DNA of 64,000 nt from an uncultured Rhodospirillaceae bacterium (GTDB lineage: Bacteria > Pseudomonadota > Alphaproteobacteria > UBA8366). The notes beneath the pieces were generated by a model. That model saw nothing but the letters and a program-made list of their open reading frames with translations, did not search any database and had not been told where the DNA came from. Shown in pieces: positions 31,789 through 41,612 of this stretch (within the stretch, counting starts at the first letter, position 1; each line of letters opens with the position of its first letter). Where the stretch lies: positions 65,265-129,264 of the forward strand of contig CAJWLM010000007.1 in assembly GCA_913043025.1 (NCBI GenBank), in the 5' to 3' direction. Position numbers and translations under genes: made by a program.

Positions 31789-33165
31789 CTAGGCTATTTT
31801 CAGTCCAGAGAGCGCAGTGCAGATACCGGACTGACACTCAAATGACCATACCGCATCAATAACCTGATTAGTATTACAATGGCCGATTAAAGGTTTTGCT
31901 AGTGCCCTAAACTTGTGTTCGAGTTTTTCACCTTGAGTGCCAAAATCTTCCACTGGCGGTCCCATGTCACCATGTTCGGTAATAACAGTTTTATTGTTGA
32001 GATAAACAAAGACATCACTTGCATAGCGATCAAGATTTTTTGCAGAGCTAATAAAAACTTTTTCTCTCATCTCTACAATATCTGATCGTTGGGCGGCATC
32101 GTCACTGTAGCTTTCAAGGCTACTTGTTTCCTCCCCAAGCATTGCTAACGCTGCACTATGGCGGTAACTAAATTTTGCCTCATGACCGGTTCTTGGCTCT
32201 TGAATGTTGCAAACGTCGAGTGCGAATGGTGGTACTCGCACTTCAATCCTTTCCAGCTTTTCTGGGTCAAACGCGGGATTTTTCTTGATTGTCGCCAAGG
32301 CTTCCAGCATTGCGTGGGTCCCAAAGCATGATGCATGGTATTTGAATTTTACATCTAATGTATGGAATACATCTCCTAACTCTTCTAGTGCTTCGTGAGG
32401 TTGAAAGCTGTCTGTTTGAGTATCTGCAAAGCCCTGTCTACATTCAAGGACATCGGCCCTGCTAATAAATCCACGCGCTGAGAGTTCTGCCGCTATCACG
32501 CCGTTCATTGCTGCCTTACCCGCATGGAGGGGTTTGCATTCGGTCCCAAACATACACTTCAAGCCTGCAGCTTGAGTGGCTGCAATGCCTAAGCAATGGG
32601 CAGTCTGGCCCGCGTCAAGCTTCATTAAGCGAGCGGCAGCGGCAGCGGCGCCCAAAGTGCCCACCGTACCCGTTGCATGCCAGCCTTTCTCGTAATGTTT
32701 GTCCCCCATCATGGCGCCCACGCGTGCATCAATCTCAACTCCGGCTACAAAAGCCGTTATCATTTCTTTACCGCCGACACCGAGCTTTTCTCCGAGGGCT
32801 AGCACAACTGGCAGTACCGTAACTGTTGGATGTCCGTGTAGAGGACGTAATACATCGTCATAATCAAGTGCGTGAGCAGCACTTCCATTTACAAAAGCGG
32901 CTTGTGATGGAGAGGTGCGATCCCCATATCCAACAATCGTCGATTTCGGACTTCCGCCCTCTTCTCGGACAAATGATATGACCTTTTTGGCAAGCGGCTC
33001 TCGCGAACCCGCTAGCATAACGCCTAGGCCATCAAGAACGCACTGCTTGGCTACTAAGACGATTTCACCCGGGAGATTTTGGAATTTCAATCCACTCGAG
33101 TAGGCTGCAAGTTGCTGGGTTATATTTTCAGCGTAAGAGCCCATATTAACAGCATGTCGCGCCAT
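31789..33165 (-). CDS. MmgE/PrpD family protein (2-methylcitrate dehydratase-like)
   Basis: 458 aa; N-terminal VAKQCVLDGLGVMLAGS and central HATGTVGTLGAAAAA typical of PrpD fold; substrate not assignable. Confidence 0.85.
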   Translation of the reverse strand: MARHAVNMGSYAENITQQLAAYSSGLKFQNLPGEIVLVAKQCVLDGLGVMLAGSREPLAKKVISFVREEGGSPKSTIVGYGDRTSPSQAAFVNGSAAHALDYDDVLRPLHGHPTVTVLPVVLALGEKLGVGGKEMITAFVAGVEIDARVGAMMGDKHYEKGWHATGTVGTLGAAAAAARLMKLDAGQTAHCLGIAATQAAGLKCMFGTECKPLHAGKAAMNGVIAAELSARGFISRADVLECRQGFADTQTDSFQPHEALEELGDVFHTLDVKFKYHASCFGTHAMLEALATIKKNPAFDPEKLERIEVRVPPFALDVCNIQEPRTGHEAKFSYRHSAALAMLGEETSSLESYSDDAAQRSDIVEMREKVFISSAKNLDRYASDVFVYLNNKTVITEHGDMGPPVEDFGTQGEKLEHKFRALAKPLIGHCNTNQVIDAVWSFECQSGICTALSGLKIA

Positions 33166-33436
33166 ATCCCCCTCCTTAGGTGCATCTCCGTTGTCCTGCC
33201 TTAAAGGCTGAACAAATAAAGCTCTAGTAATTCACCAGTCCCTGCGCAGCGCCTTAGTAAAGAGGGAATATTGTCTTTGTCCCTTCGTGGCTGCGAATTA
33301 TTAAGCTACTTCTATACCAGATATTGGTGACAAAGTGCAAATAAAGGCAGGTATGCAAACGGATAATCAGGATTCACTAGGGTCGACTGTCCTGCTGTAA
33401 GACTGATAATTTTTCACAGAGATACATCTCCTGTTT

Positions 33437-34774
33437 TCAATCTTTGTCGTAACCTTTCGTTTGTTTAGAGGACTTGTCTGAAATCCTGATCCAGAAGTGC
33501 CTAAGTTTCCGTAAAATGACCTTTATTCTGATCATGGCATTCCGGCCAACTTCGTTGATGAAATGCCACTCACGGTAGTAAACAAAATGCAGGAGAGGTC
33601 CAAGACTATGTATTCTATCGGTAGCGCGATGTTGCAATCGATGCATGGTATTCAGCCACAGTGGGCTGATTATCAATGAAAGTACCGTAATGGCTACTAT
33701 CAAGCGATGGGTTTCGCTCGCTATTATTCTATGGTCCATTGCAACAGCGCCTAATACAAAGGAAAATTCGCCAATTTGCGCTAACATCAAACTTGCAAGG
33801 AATGCATGACGCCAGGGCTCACCAAATAAATGTAAAAGCCCAACATTTAAAGCAGTTTTAAATACTGAAACAAAAAGCCATAGAATTATCACCAAGCTAA
33901 GATTATCCAATAAAAATTGGAGATCGATTAACAGGCCAATTGAAAGGAAGAAAACCATTAGTAAGATATTTTCTATTGGTTTAGCCAGATCAAAAAACAA
34001 TGACCGCTGCCGGCTGTTGCCCACAAATAATCCTGCCATGAAAGCGCCGAATGCTGGTGAAAGGCCGAGCAGGCCAGCTAGGGCAGCTGAACCAAAACAT
34101 CCCGTGAGGGCAGCTAGAGGAACTAACTCCCTCTTATCCTCTGCAATTTTCCCGAGCGGTAAATCTATCGCCTGGCGTCGGCTGAAGTAGAGAACCGCGA
34201 AAACGAGGAGTGCAATGGTTATGCTGACTTTCACAATCACATTAAACGCGGTCACATCCTTGGTCAAACTTTCAAGAACTAACAACATTGGTGCGACAGC
34301 GAGATCTTGCGCAATAAGAATTCCGACCGCAATCATGCCAACTCGGCTTCGGAGTTCACCGGTATCCTCTAGCATGCGTATAGCTACGGCGGTGCTGCTT
34401 AGCGCTAAGACGAATGCAAAAAGAATGGCGTGTTCAAGTGGCCAGTTAAGCGCCCAGCGAAACAACAGCATCACGAAAAGAGACACAATAATCTGTAAAG
34501 CGGCTACTCCGACCGCAATACGCCAAATGCGACGGAAGCTGCGGAGTGAAAGCTCCATGCCGATGAAAAAGAGCAGCATCAGAACACCGAGTTCTGCTAG
34601 CGGTCCAATCAGCATTCGGTCCTCTACTATAGCAAATGCGGAGGGTCCGAGAATAATACCCGCAAAAATATAACCGACGATCGGCGGTTGTTTTAAGCGC
34701 GCCAATGCCATTCCGCATAGTGTGGCAGCCGCAGCAACGATTGCTAGCCCAGTAAAATCGCTTCCGTGTTCCAT
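33437..34774 (-). CDS. cation:proton antiporter (CPA2, Kef-like membrane domain without RCK domain)
   Basis: 445 aa, about 12 TM; QPPIVGYIFAGIILGP and AFGAFMAGL motifs of Na_H_Exchanger family. Confidence 0.85.
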   Translation of the reverse strand: MEHGSDFTGLAIVAAAATLCGMALARLKQPPIVGYIFAGIILGPSAFAIVEDRMLIGPLAELGVLMLLFFIGMELSLRSFRRIWRIAVGVAALQIIVSLFVMLLFRWALNWPLEHAILFAFVLALSSTAVAIRMLEDTGELRSRVGMIAVGILIAQDLAVAPMLLVLESLTKDVTAFNVIVKVSITIALLVFAVLYFSRRQAIDLPLGKIAEDKRELVPLAALTGCFGSAALAGLLGLSPAFGAFMAGLFVGNSRQRSLFFDLAKPIENILLMVFFLSIGLLIDLQFLLDNLSLVIILWLFVSVFKTALNVGLLHLFGEPWRHAFLASLMLAQIGEFSFVLGAVAMDHRIIASETHRLIVAITVLSLIISPLWLNTMHRLQHRATDRIHSLGPLLHFVYYREWHFINEVGRNAMIRIKVILRKLRHFWIRISDKSSKQTKGYDKD

Positions 34775-34809
34775 GGTTTATTGCTTCTAACTAAATTAGC
34801 TTAGCACGC

Positions 34810-34837
34810 ATTCGAGATATCTCTTTATTCGAGATAT
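34810..34837. repeat. direct repeat ATTCGAGATAT x2 (17-bp period); first copy overlaps 10-bp palindrome GAGATATCTC (34814-34823)
   Basis: Read directly from sequence, 36-63 bp upstream of the antiporter start codon. Confidence 0.85.
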
Positions 34838-34857
34838 TTACGACTTGTTCTTGTACA

Positions 34858-34877
34858 CCTTGTCAGTTCTGACAAGG
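34858..34877. repeat. perfect 20-bp palindrome CCTTGTCAG-TT-CTGACAAGG
   Basis: Read directly; 9-bp arms, 2-nt centre; in 420-bp AT-rich divergent intergenic region. Confidence 0.85.
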
Positions 34878-35193
34878 CCTTAAAATACTGGTACAGATTG
34901 ATGTGATATTTAGATAATAAACACATATGGAGTGATCAAATTCTATTTGCTCGAAATCGCAATGCTACGCTGCTCGTCTAAACCCTTGCCTTTTAGATCG
35001 CATTCGAAAACTGATGTATTATGGAGATGATAACACTTTAAAAGAAGTCGTAATACAATTCTCGATCAAAATATTAAAAGTTATATTTCTGCAAAAATAT
35101 AACCTGTACCCAAATTTGTGAGAAAGAGCTCACAACACATTTACATCTGGTCCCGAAAAAAATTAAAGGAAATTTATAAAATAGGAATACAAG

Positions 35194-35880
35194 GTGGACA
35201 AAATAAGCATTATTATTCCCACTCTTAACGTTGCACATGTTGTGAATGCCACGCTTCAATCCCTTGGGACTTTGGATGGACTTGATTTAATTCGGGAAGT
35301 GATTTTCTCAGACGGCGGCTCTGACGATTCTACTGAAGAAATCGCTTCGGCGTGCGGGGCAAAATTCATTCAGGGCCCCGCCGGCCGAGGCAAGCAGTTG
35401 CAGCGCGGTGTGGAGGCTTCCACGGGGTCATGGCTTTTAATACTCCATGCGGATACCACGCTATCTTCGGGGTGGGAAAAGCAACTGCGAAATTTTATGC
35501 AGGAGCATAAATGCCACGCTGGATATTTCCGATTTGCTTTGGAAGACACCGGAATGCGGCCATATTTATTAGCCAAGCTGGTATCCTTTCGTTGTCGTTT
35601 GTTCTCCTTGCCCTACGGTGATCAGGGTTTATTCGTTCCGAGAGATCTTTATGAAGCGGTTGGTGGGTATGCTGAAATCCCATTGATGGAGGACGTTGAT
35701 CTTGTTCGCCGGATCGGGCGAAATAACCTTCACGAAGTTTGTGTTACCGCTACAACTTCGGCCGCTCGGTATCAGAAGTATGGATATCTGTTCCGTACAT
35801 TATACAACTTGTTTTGTTTGTTGCTTTTCTTCTTTGGCGTGTCACCGGCGAAAATAAAAAATATATACGAGGCCATATGA
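35194..35880 (+). CDS. family 2 glycosyltransferase (TIGR04283-like, partner of DUF2064)
   Basis: 228 aa; ISIIIPTLN...FSDGGSDDST...ILHADT GT-A motifs, C-terminal TM; GTG start; ATGA-type overlap with next gene. Confidence 0.85.
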   Translation: MDKISIIIPTLNVAHVVNATLQSLGTLDGLDLIREVIFSDGGSDDSTEEIASACGAKFIQGPAGRGKQLQRGVEASTGSWLLILHADTTLSSGWEKQLRNFMQEHKCHAGYFRFALEDTGMRPYLLAKLVSFRCRLFSLPYGDQGLFVPRDLYEAVGGYAEIPLMEDVDLVRRIGRNNLHEVCVTATTSAARYQKYGYLFRTLYNLFCLLLFFFGVSPAKIKNIYEAI

Positions 35881-36476
35881 GACACCTTGTGATACTCGCG
35901 AAAGCGCCACACCTCGGGGCAGTTAAGCGTCGATTGGGGCACGACATTGGCAGTTTAGCCGCACTTCAATTCTATGAGCGTAATTTGCGCTTAACTTTGA
36001 GAAGACTTTGCAGGGACCGTCGTTGGATCACAAGCCTCGCAATTACTGGCGCACCAACTCGTTGGTCGAATATCACTCCCCGTACTGTGCGCATGATGGA
36101 ACAAGGACACGGTGATTTGGGCGTTAGAATGAGACGAGTAATGGAGGCTATGCCCTCTGGGCCAGTTATCATGATAGGAAGCGACATTCCAAATATTTCG
36201 CGTGATGATATTTACGAAGCATTCTCAGAGCTAGGTCATAACGATATAGTGTTAGGGCCAGCACATGATGGGGGTTTTTGGCTTATAGGCCAAGCTCGTC
36301 GCCGACCGTTACCAGATATATTTAGGAACGTTCGGTGGTCAAGCCAATACACACTTCACGATACATTGGCTAATCTCGATCACCGTCACACATATTCGTT
36401 CGTTAGAAAATTGTTGGATGTCGACGATGGTAAAAGTTACGAGATTTGGCGAAAAACGCGTAAAAAATGCAATTAA
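35877..36476 (+). CDS. DUF2064 family protein (TIGR04282-like, CofC-like nucleotidyltransferase fold)
   Basis: Start set to ATG 35877 (MRHLVILAKAPHLGAVKRRLG...); IGSDIP and GPAHDGGFWLIG motifs typical of DUF2064; track ORF 35739 overlaps the GT gene. Confidence 0.8.
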   Translation: MRHLVILAKAPHLGAVKRRLGHDIGSLAALQFYERNLRLTLRRLCRDRRWITSLAITGAPTRWSNITPRTVRMMEQGHGDLGVRMRRVMEAMPSGPVIMIGSDIPNISRDDIYEAFSELGHNDIVLGPAHDGGFWLIGQARRRPLPDIFRNVRWSSQYTLHDTLANLDHRHTYSFVRKLLDVDDGKSYEIWRKTRKKCN

Positions 36477-36545
36477 TATTTAAAAGCCTGGTATTATTGG
36501 CCTGATAAAAGACAATGTATTCGATGATTGCATTTGGGGACGATA

Positions 36546-37067
36546 CTAATGTTCCCTCAGGCGAGGCATAAGTTCAACAAAATTACATGGACTGTGTCGG
36601 TTATCTAATTGATACATCAAGATCTCGTCCCAGCCATCGCGGCATGCGTTGGGTGAACCAGGTAAGGAGAAGATGTAAGTGCCGTTAGCGACCCCAGCGC
36701 AGGCCCGGCTCTGAATCGTTGACGTAGCAATTTTTTGATAGCTTATCCAGCGGAATAATTCGCCAAAACCCGGGATTTCTTTATCCCAAAGCCGCTCTAC
36801 GGCCTCTGGTGTAACATCTCGTCCGGTTATTCCTGTGCCGCCAGTTGTGATGATTACATCCACATCCGTTTTATCAATCCATGAAGCGAGTTTGGCAACG
36901 ATTTCTTCTACATCATCCTTTACGATATCTCGGAATACTAATTTATGACCGGCTGCAGTTATGCGTTTTTCAAGCAAATCGCCAGACCGATCATCCTTTT
37001 TCCTTCGGGTGTCCGAGACGGTAAGTATCGCAATATTGACTGGGGTCATCGGAATATTATTTTGCAT
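36546..37067 (-). CDS. moaB: molybdenum cofactor biosynthesis protein B (MoaB/MogA family)
   Basis: 173 aa; ILTVSDTR and [16 protein letters not shown] motifs; alternative ATG at 37049 removes the 11-nt overlap with slt. Confidence 0.88.
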   Translation of the reverse strand: MQNNIPMTPVNIAILTVSDTRRKKDDRSGDLLEKRITAAGHKLVFRDIVKDDVEEIVAKLASWIDKTDVDVIITTGGTGITGRDVTPEAVERLWDKEIPGFGELFRWISYQKIATSTIQSRACAGVANGTYIFSLPGSPNACRDGWDEILMYQLDNRHSPCNFVELMPRLREH

Positions 37068-38841
37068 GATTTTTAACGTCCTTGGCGCTTTTATCTAGTG
37101 CAATGTATGTGGGCCATTTTCCTGACGCAAGAGCATGTAGCGACGGTGTTTCTTGTTTAAAGTGCTCACGGTATATCCAATAATTTGCTAACACTCGTTC
37201 CACAAAGGTGCGCGTTTCGCGAGCTGGTATGCTTTCTATGAATAAAAGGGGGTCAGACTGGTAATCTATTTTTTTTTGCCAGCGCGAAAGATTACCTGGC
37301 CCACTGTTATATGCAGAAATTAAATAAAAAAGATTTTTGCCTATAAAATCATTTTTAATCAGGCGGCGCAGATATCTCTGACCTAACGTGATATTTAGCA
37401 CTGGATCAGACAAGGATGAGCGTCGGCCATTCCACATATTATGCCCTGCAATATCGCGAGCTGTGCGCGGCATTAATTGCATGAGCCCAGTAGCTCCCAT
37501 GCGACTTCGGGCACGCGCACGAAATCTTGACTCCTGACGCATCAAGGCAAAGATCAGAGCCTTATCGAGGAAGAAATCATCTGCTGGTTTCCAAGCTGGC
37601 AAAGGATACAAGGCACTATCAAACGGTTTTCCATTATTATCAACGACAGTGTGCCCCAGTCGATAGGAAAGTTGAGGTAGCTTGCCTCGAATGGCAACAT
37701 TTAGCAGTATACGGGTGTTTTGTTCGGATTCTCGAAGGGCAACAAATTTCATTTCAGCTTCGGCCCGTACCCATTGATTAAGCTGAATTAGAGCCAGAGC
37801 GCGCCTGAGGCGGGGGCGACCTTTCATTGCATCGATATCCTGCGCCTCCAAGGGGGGTATGTACCAATTTAGAACAGGGGCGGTGCCTAGCAGGTGGCAT
37901 GCCAGCATTCCATAAAATGTACGGGGTTTCTGAGCCGCGATACTAAGGTAGTGATTGACTTGACTTGGCTGCGCAGCTCTTAAGTAAGCACGTGCTGCCC
38001 AAAAAGCTGCAGCTGTTTGAAGAGGTGCCATTATTGTTCTAGTTTGAGATAATTTAGAAAAATAAATAGCAGATTTTTCAAAGTTTCCCGAGCGCCAGCT
38101 TGCTAAGCCTGCCCACCAATTTGCGTCTCCTTCACCAATCGCCATATATTTTGCAGCACGGTTAGCGAGGGTCACTACCAGTTGATCGTTTTTCTCATGG
38201 TAATAACCTCTTGCCAACGCCGCGTAGGCTTTAGAAAGCCCATAATTTCCCAACGCTCTAGAATTCCTTTTTGTTTTGACGAGGGCATGGGCATCCTTTG
38301 TCTTACGTTTTGCGATTAACTTATTTAAGTGACGCAAGAACCGACGAAATTCCCTCGAGCTATTATTTAAAATCGTAGGTTTTTGGGGTGCTCCATTGCT
38401 AAAAATAATTTCTTCAGACAACACACCTTGTATCTTTGGTAAATTAGGTGGAGGTACTTTAGTGTTCTTTGTGGGCCTTCGTTTTTTTGCTAATCGGTAT
38501 ATTCGCAGCGCCCCAGGCCTATCAGGAAATTTTTTAAGCCAAGACTTCAGTTCACGGAATAGAGCTCTGTGTTTGGTTGGATGCATGTAGCGTTGAAACA
38601 AAACATGGCTTTCTAGGGATTTGTCATCGATCTTTTTAAAAAATTCGGTGGCTTGAGCCCACTTCCCACTTCGCTGAAGGGCAAAAACTCTTTGATAAAG
38701 GTGAACATCTTTTACTGAAAGCACATTGGGTAAAGCGTGTGCCGAATTATCTCTGGAATCAGCAGCCGCTGCTAAACCAATTAGCGCAGAATATAATAAA
38801 ATAAATGCAGCAAGAAATTTTCGTATGTGACCGATATTCAT
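37057..38841 (-). CDS. slt: soluble lytic murein transglycosylase (Slt70-like)
   Basis: 594 aa, signal peptide, superhelical N-region, SLT catalytic motif MRQESRFRARARSRMGATGLMQLMP and AYNSGPGN. Confidence 0.9.
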   Translation of the reverse strand: MNIGHIRKFLAAFILLYSALIGLAAAADSRDNSAHALPNVLSVKDVHLYQRVFALQRSGKWAQATEFFKKIDDKSLESHVLFQRYMHPTKHRALFRELKSWLKKFPDRPGALRIYRLAKKRRPTKNTKVPPPNLPKIQGVLSEEIIFSNGAPQKPTILNNSSREFRRFLRHLNKLIAKRKTKDAHALVKTKRNSRALGNYGLSKAYAALARGYYHEKNDQLVVTLANRAAKYMAIGEGDANWWAGLASWRSGNFEKSAIYFSKLSQTRTIMAPLQTAAAFWAARAYLRAAQPSQVNHYLSIAAQKPRTFYGMLACHLLGTAPVLNWYIPPLEAQDIDAMKGRPRLRRALALIQLNQWVRAEAEMKFVALRESEQNTRILLNVAIRGKLPQLSYRLGHTVVDNNGKPFDSALYPLPAWKPADDFFLDKALIFALMRQESRFRARARSRMGATGLMQLMPRTARDIAGHNMWNGRRSSLSDPVLNITLGQRYLRRLIKNDFIGKNLFYLISAYNSGPGNLSRWQKKIDYQSDPLLFIESIPARETRTFVERVLANYWIYREHFKQETPSLHALASGKWPTYIALDKSAKDVKNHAK

Positions 38842-38900
38842 CTAAAAATAGGGTCGGGCCCGCCGACTGCTCCTTTGTTGAGACAATCGGACATATCAAA

Positions 38901-39740
38901 TTAGTAGTATTCTAGCAATTTTGTTTTCACTGCACGGAAGTCATGCCAAGCCTCTCGTTTTTGGTTCGGCTGCCGTAACAAAAATGAGGGATGAAACGTT
39001 GGCATGCATGGGATTTGCCGTTTCCTATTTGCAAGCCGAATATTTGACCACTTTCCGCGCAACCGCATTATGCCTTCCTGAGTGTTTAAAATTGTTTTTG
39101 TAGCAGTTCCACCCAATAAAATAATGACTTTTGGATTTTTCAATTCGATGTGTCGCCAGACAAACGGCAGGCATGCTGCGATTTCAGAATTTGTAGGGCT
39201 GCGATTGCCAGGAGGGCGCCAAAAAAGTACATTCGTGATGTAACAGTCTTTGGATCTGTCCAGGTTAATGCTATGTAGTATTTTATCAAGAAGGTTCCCG
39301 CTTGCGCCGACGAAAGGGCGCCCGCACTTATCTTCGTCGACACCAGGAGCTTCTCCGATTATCATCAGATCTGCAGATGGATTGCCATCTGAAAACACGG
39401 TGGTTGTAGCTGTGAACTTTAATGCACAACCTTCAAACTGCTCAACTACCGCTCTCAGTTCGTCGATATCTGTAACAGCCGATGCTCCTGTGGCGGCGTC
39501 ATGTGCTCCCTCAGCGGGGGCTATTTGGTTTTTGCCAACAGGCGCAGGACGAGACACTGAACCATCTATCGTCTCAACTATTCGCGTTGCGGTGTCTTTG
39601 ATTTTTGGGTTATTATTTTGTGGCGACATTACAAAACGATTGATTGGCGTATCTGATGTTATTTCATCAGCTCCCATGTCAATAAGCCACCTAAGGGCTT
39701 GGGTAGCGTTGATTTTTGAGTGTTTAGTATAGCTTACCAT
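38901..39740 (-). CDS. uracil-DNA glycosylase, family 4
   Basis: 279 aa; GEAPGVDEDKCGRPFVGASGNLLDK active-site motif and HPSFLLRQP; about 100-aa N-terminal extension. Confidence 0.88.
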   Translation of the reverse strand: MVSYTKHSKINATQALRWLIDMGADEITSDTPINRFVMSPQNNNPKIKDTATRIVETIDGSVSRPAPVGKNQIAPAEGAHDAATGASAVTDIDELRAVVEQFEGCALKFTATTTVFSDGNPSADLMIIGEAPGVDEDKCGRPFVGASGNLLDKILHSINLDRSKDCYITNVLFWRPPGNRSPTNSEIAACLPFVWRHIELKNPKVIILLGGTATKTILNTQEGIMRLRGKWSNIRLANRKRQIPCMPTFHPSFLLRQPNQKREAWHDFRAVKTKLLEYY

Positions 39741-39840
39741 CTTGTCGGAGGCCCCCTCGGTTACTATTTAGATTAATATACTGTTTTGCTATAGAGATAT
39801 AAGTCAAAAGAACAAATCTGTGATATCCGGAAAGAGACAC

Positions 39841-41487
39841 ATGGAACGCGACTCGATGGAATATGATGTGGTTATTGTTGGCGGAGGGCCGGCAGGTCTT
39901 TCTGCTGCTATCCGACTTAAGCAGCTTTGTATTGAAAATGGCGCGGAAATCAGCGTTTGCGTTTTGGAAAAAGGGTCAGAGGTAGGCGCACACATTTTGT
40001 CCGGCGCAGTTTTGGAACCCCGGGCTTTAAACGAGCTTTTTTCTGACTGGAGGGATATGGGTGCCCCACTTAACACGCCGGTTGCTGATGAGAAGTTTAT
40101 GTTACTTACCGATTCATCAGCGGTTAGTATTCCCACTTTCTTATTGCCTCCGGCAATGCACAACAAGGGTAATTATATAATCAGTCTGGCAAACTTTTGC
40201 CGATGGCTTGGAGAGCAGGCAGAAGGATTGGGCGTTGAAATTTATCCTGGCTTCGCTGCATCAGAGATTCTTTATGATGATGATGGCGCTGTGCGTGGCG
40301 TTGCTACCGGTGATATGGGTGTATCAAAGTCGGGTGAACAGGGCGATATGTTCCAGCCTGGGATTGAACTTCATGCAAAGTACACGTTCTTTGCTGAGGG
40401 GTGTCGTGGTCATTTAGGTAAAATGTTGATGGAGAGGTTTGAGCTACGTGCTGGCGTCGAACCACAGACTTACGGTATTGGATTGAAAGAACTATGGGAG
40501 ATTGACCCAGACAAGCATCAGGAAGGCCTCATCTTGCATAGTGCTGGCTGGCCCCTTCAGAATGATACATATGGCGGATCATTTTTATATCACCTTGAAA
40601 ACCACCAGGTGTCTGTTGGTTATGTAGTGGGGCTGGATTACTCAAACCCATATCTTTCACCTTACGAGGAGTTTCAACGTTTTAAAACACACCCAAAAAT
40701 TAGACCTTACTTTGAAAATGGTCGACGCGTGGCTTACGGAGCACGGGCCATAAACGAGGGTGGCCTGCAATCATTGCCAAAATTAGTATTTCCCGGTGGG
40801 GTCCTTGTTGGTTGTGAAGCCGGGACTGTAAATATGCCAAAGATTAAAGGCAGTCACACCGCCATGAAAACAGGTATGCTGGCAGCTGAGGCAGCCTTTG
40901 ACGCATTGACCGGTGGGAATGCTCCTGCCGAACTACTTGCTTATGCAGAAGCGTTCGAGAAAAGCTGGGTATATGATGAACTTAAACAAGCGCGTAATGT
41001 CCGTCCCGCCTTTAAATGGGGTCTTTGGGCAGCCACACTTTACACTGGTATAGACCAAATGCTTTTCCGTGGCAGGGCTCCTTGGACGCTCAGCCATGCC
41101 CATGCAGACCACGAAAGTTTAAAGAAGGCGGCTGATTGTGTTCCGATCGATTATCCAAAACCCGACGGTGAAATTACTTTTGACCGACTGACAAACGTGT
41201 CTTTCTCAGGTACTAACCACGAAGAGGATCAGCCAGTACATTTGACTTTAAAGGATGCAGATGTGCCGATTAATCACAATCTTGCAAATTATGATGCTCC
41301 AGAACAACGCTATTGCCCAGCCGGTGTATACGAAATTATTCCAGGCGATAGTAATGCTGGCCCTAGGCTACAAATCAACGCTCAAAATTGTGTTCACTGT
41401 AAGACCTGTGATATTAAGGATCCGACCCAAAATATAGATTGGGTTACACCGCAAGGTGGAGAAGGGCCCAACTACCCAAATATGTAA
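39841..41487 (+). CDS. electron transfer flavoprotein-ubiquinone oxidoreductase
   Basis: FAD motif YDVVIVGGGPAGLSAA; C-terminal 4Fe-4S region CPAGVYE...CVHCKTCDIKDP; start set to ATG 39841 (track GTG 39820). Confidence 0.95.
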   Translation: MERDSMEYDVVIVGGGPAGLSAAIRLKQLCIENGAEISVCVLEKGSEVGAHILSGAVLEPRALNELFSDWRDMGAPLNTPVADEKFMLLTDSSAVSIPTFLLPPAMHNKGNYIISLANFCRWLGEQAEGLGVEIYPGFAASEILYDDDGAVRGVATGDMGVSKSGEQGDMFQPGIELHAKYTFFAEGCRGHLGKMLMERFELRAGVEPQTYGIGLKELWEIDPDKHQEGLILHSAGWPLQNDTYGGSFLYHLENHQVSVGYVVGLDYSNPYLSPYEEFQRFKTHPKIRPYFENGRRVAYGARAINEGGLQSLPKLVFPGGVLVGCEAGTVNMPKIKGSHTAMKTGMLAAEAAFDALTGGNAPAELLAYAEAFEKSWVYDELKQARNVRPAFKWGLWAATLYTGIDQMLFRGRAPWTLSHAHADHESLKKAADCVPIDYPKPDGEITFDRLTNVSFSGTNHEEDQPVHLTLKDADVPINHNLANYDAPEQRYCPAGVYEIIPGDSNAGPRLQINAQNCVHCKTCDIKDPTQNIDWVTPQGGEGPNYPNM

Positions 41488-41612
41488 AAAGTAGTTTTTG
41501 GTTGTTATGTTGTCGGTGTCTACGACATTCGCCACATCGGGTTGAAGTTTACGTTCGTTAGGATGTTTGTGACAATAGCACCACATCCGTTGGATCTGAT
41601 TTAAAAGAAATA

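Noticed and set aside
39250-40166. 160-aa and 120-aa antisense ORFs over the UDG gene and the ETF-QO 5' end
   Set aside because: The opposite-strand genes carry diagnostic motifs, and the antisense translations are low-complexity.
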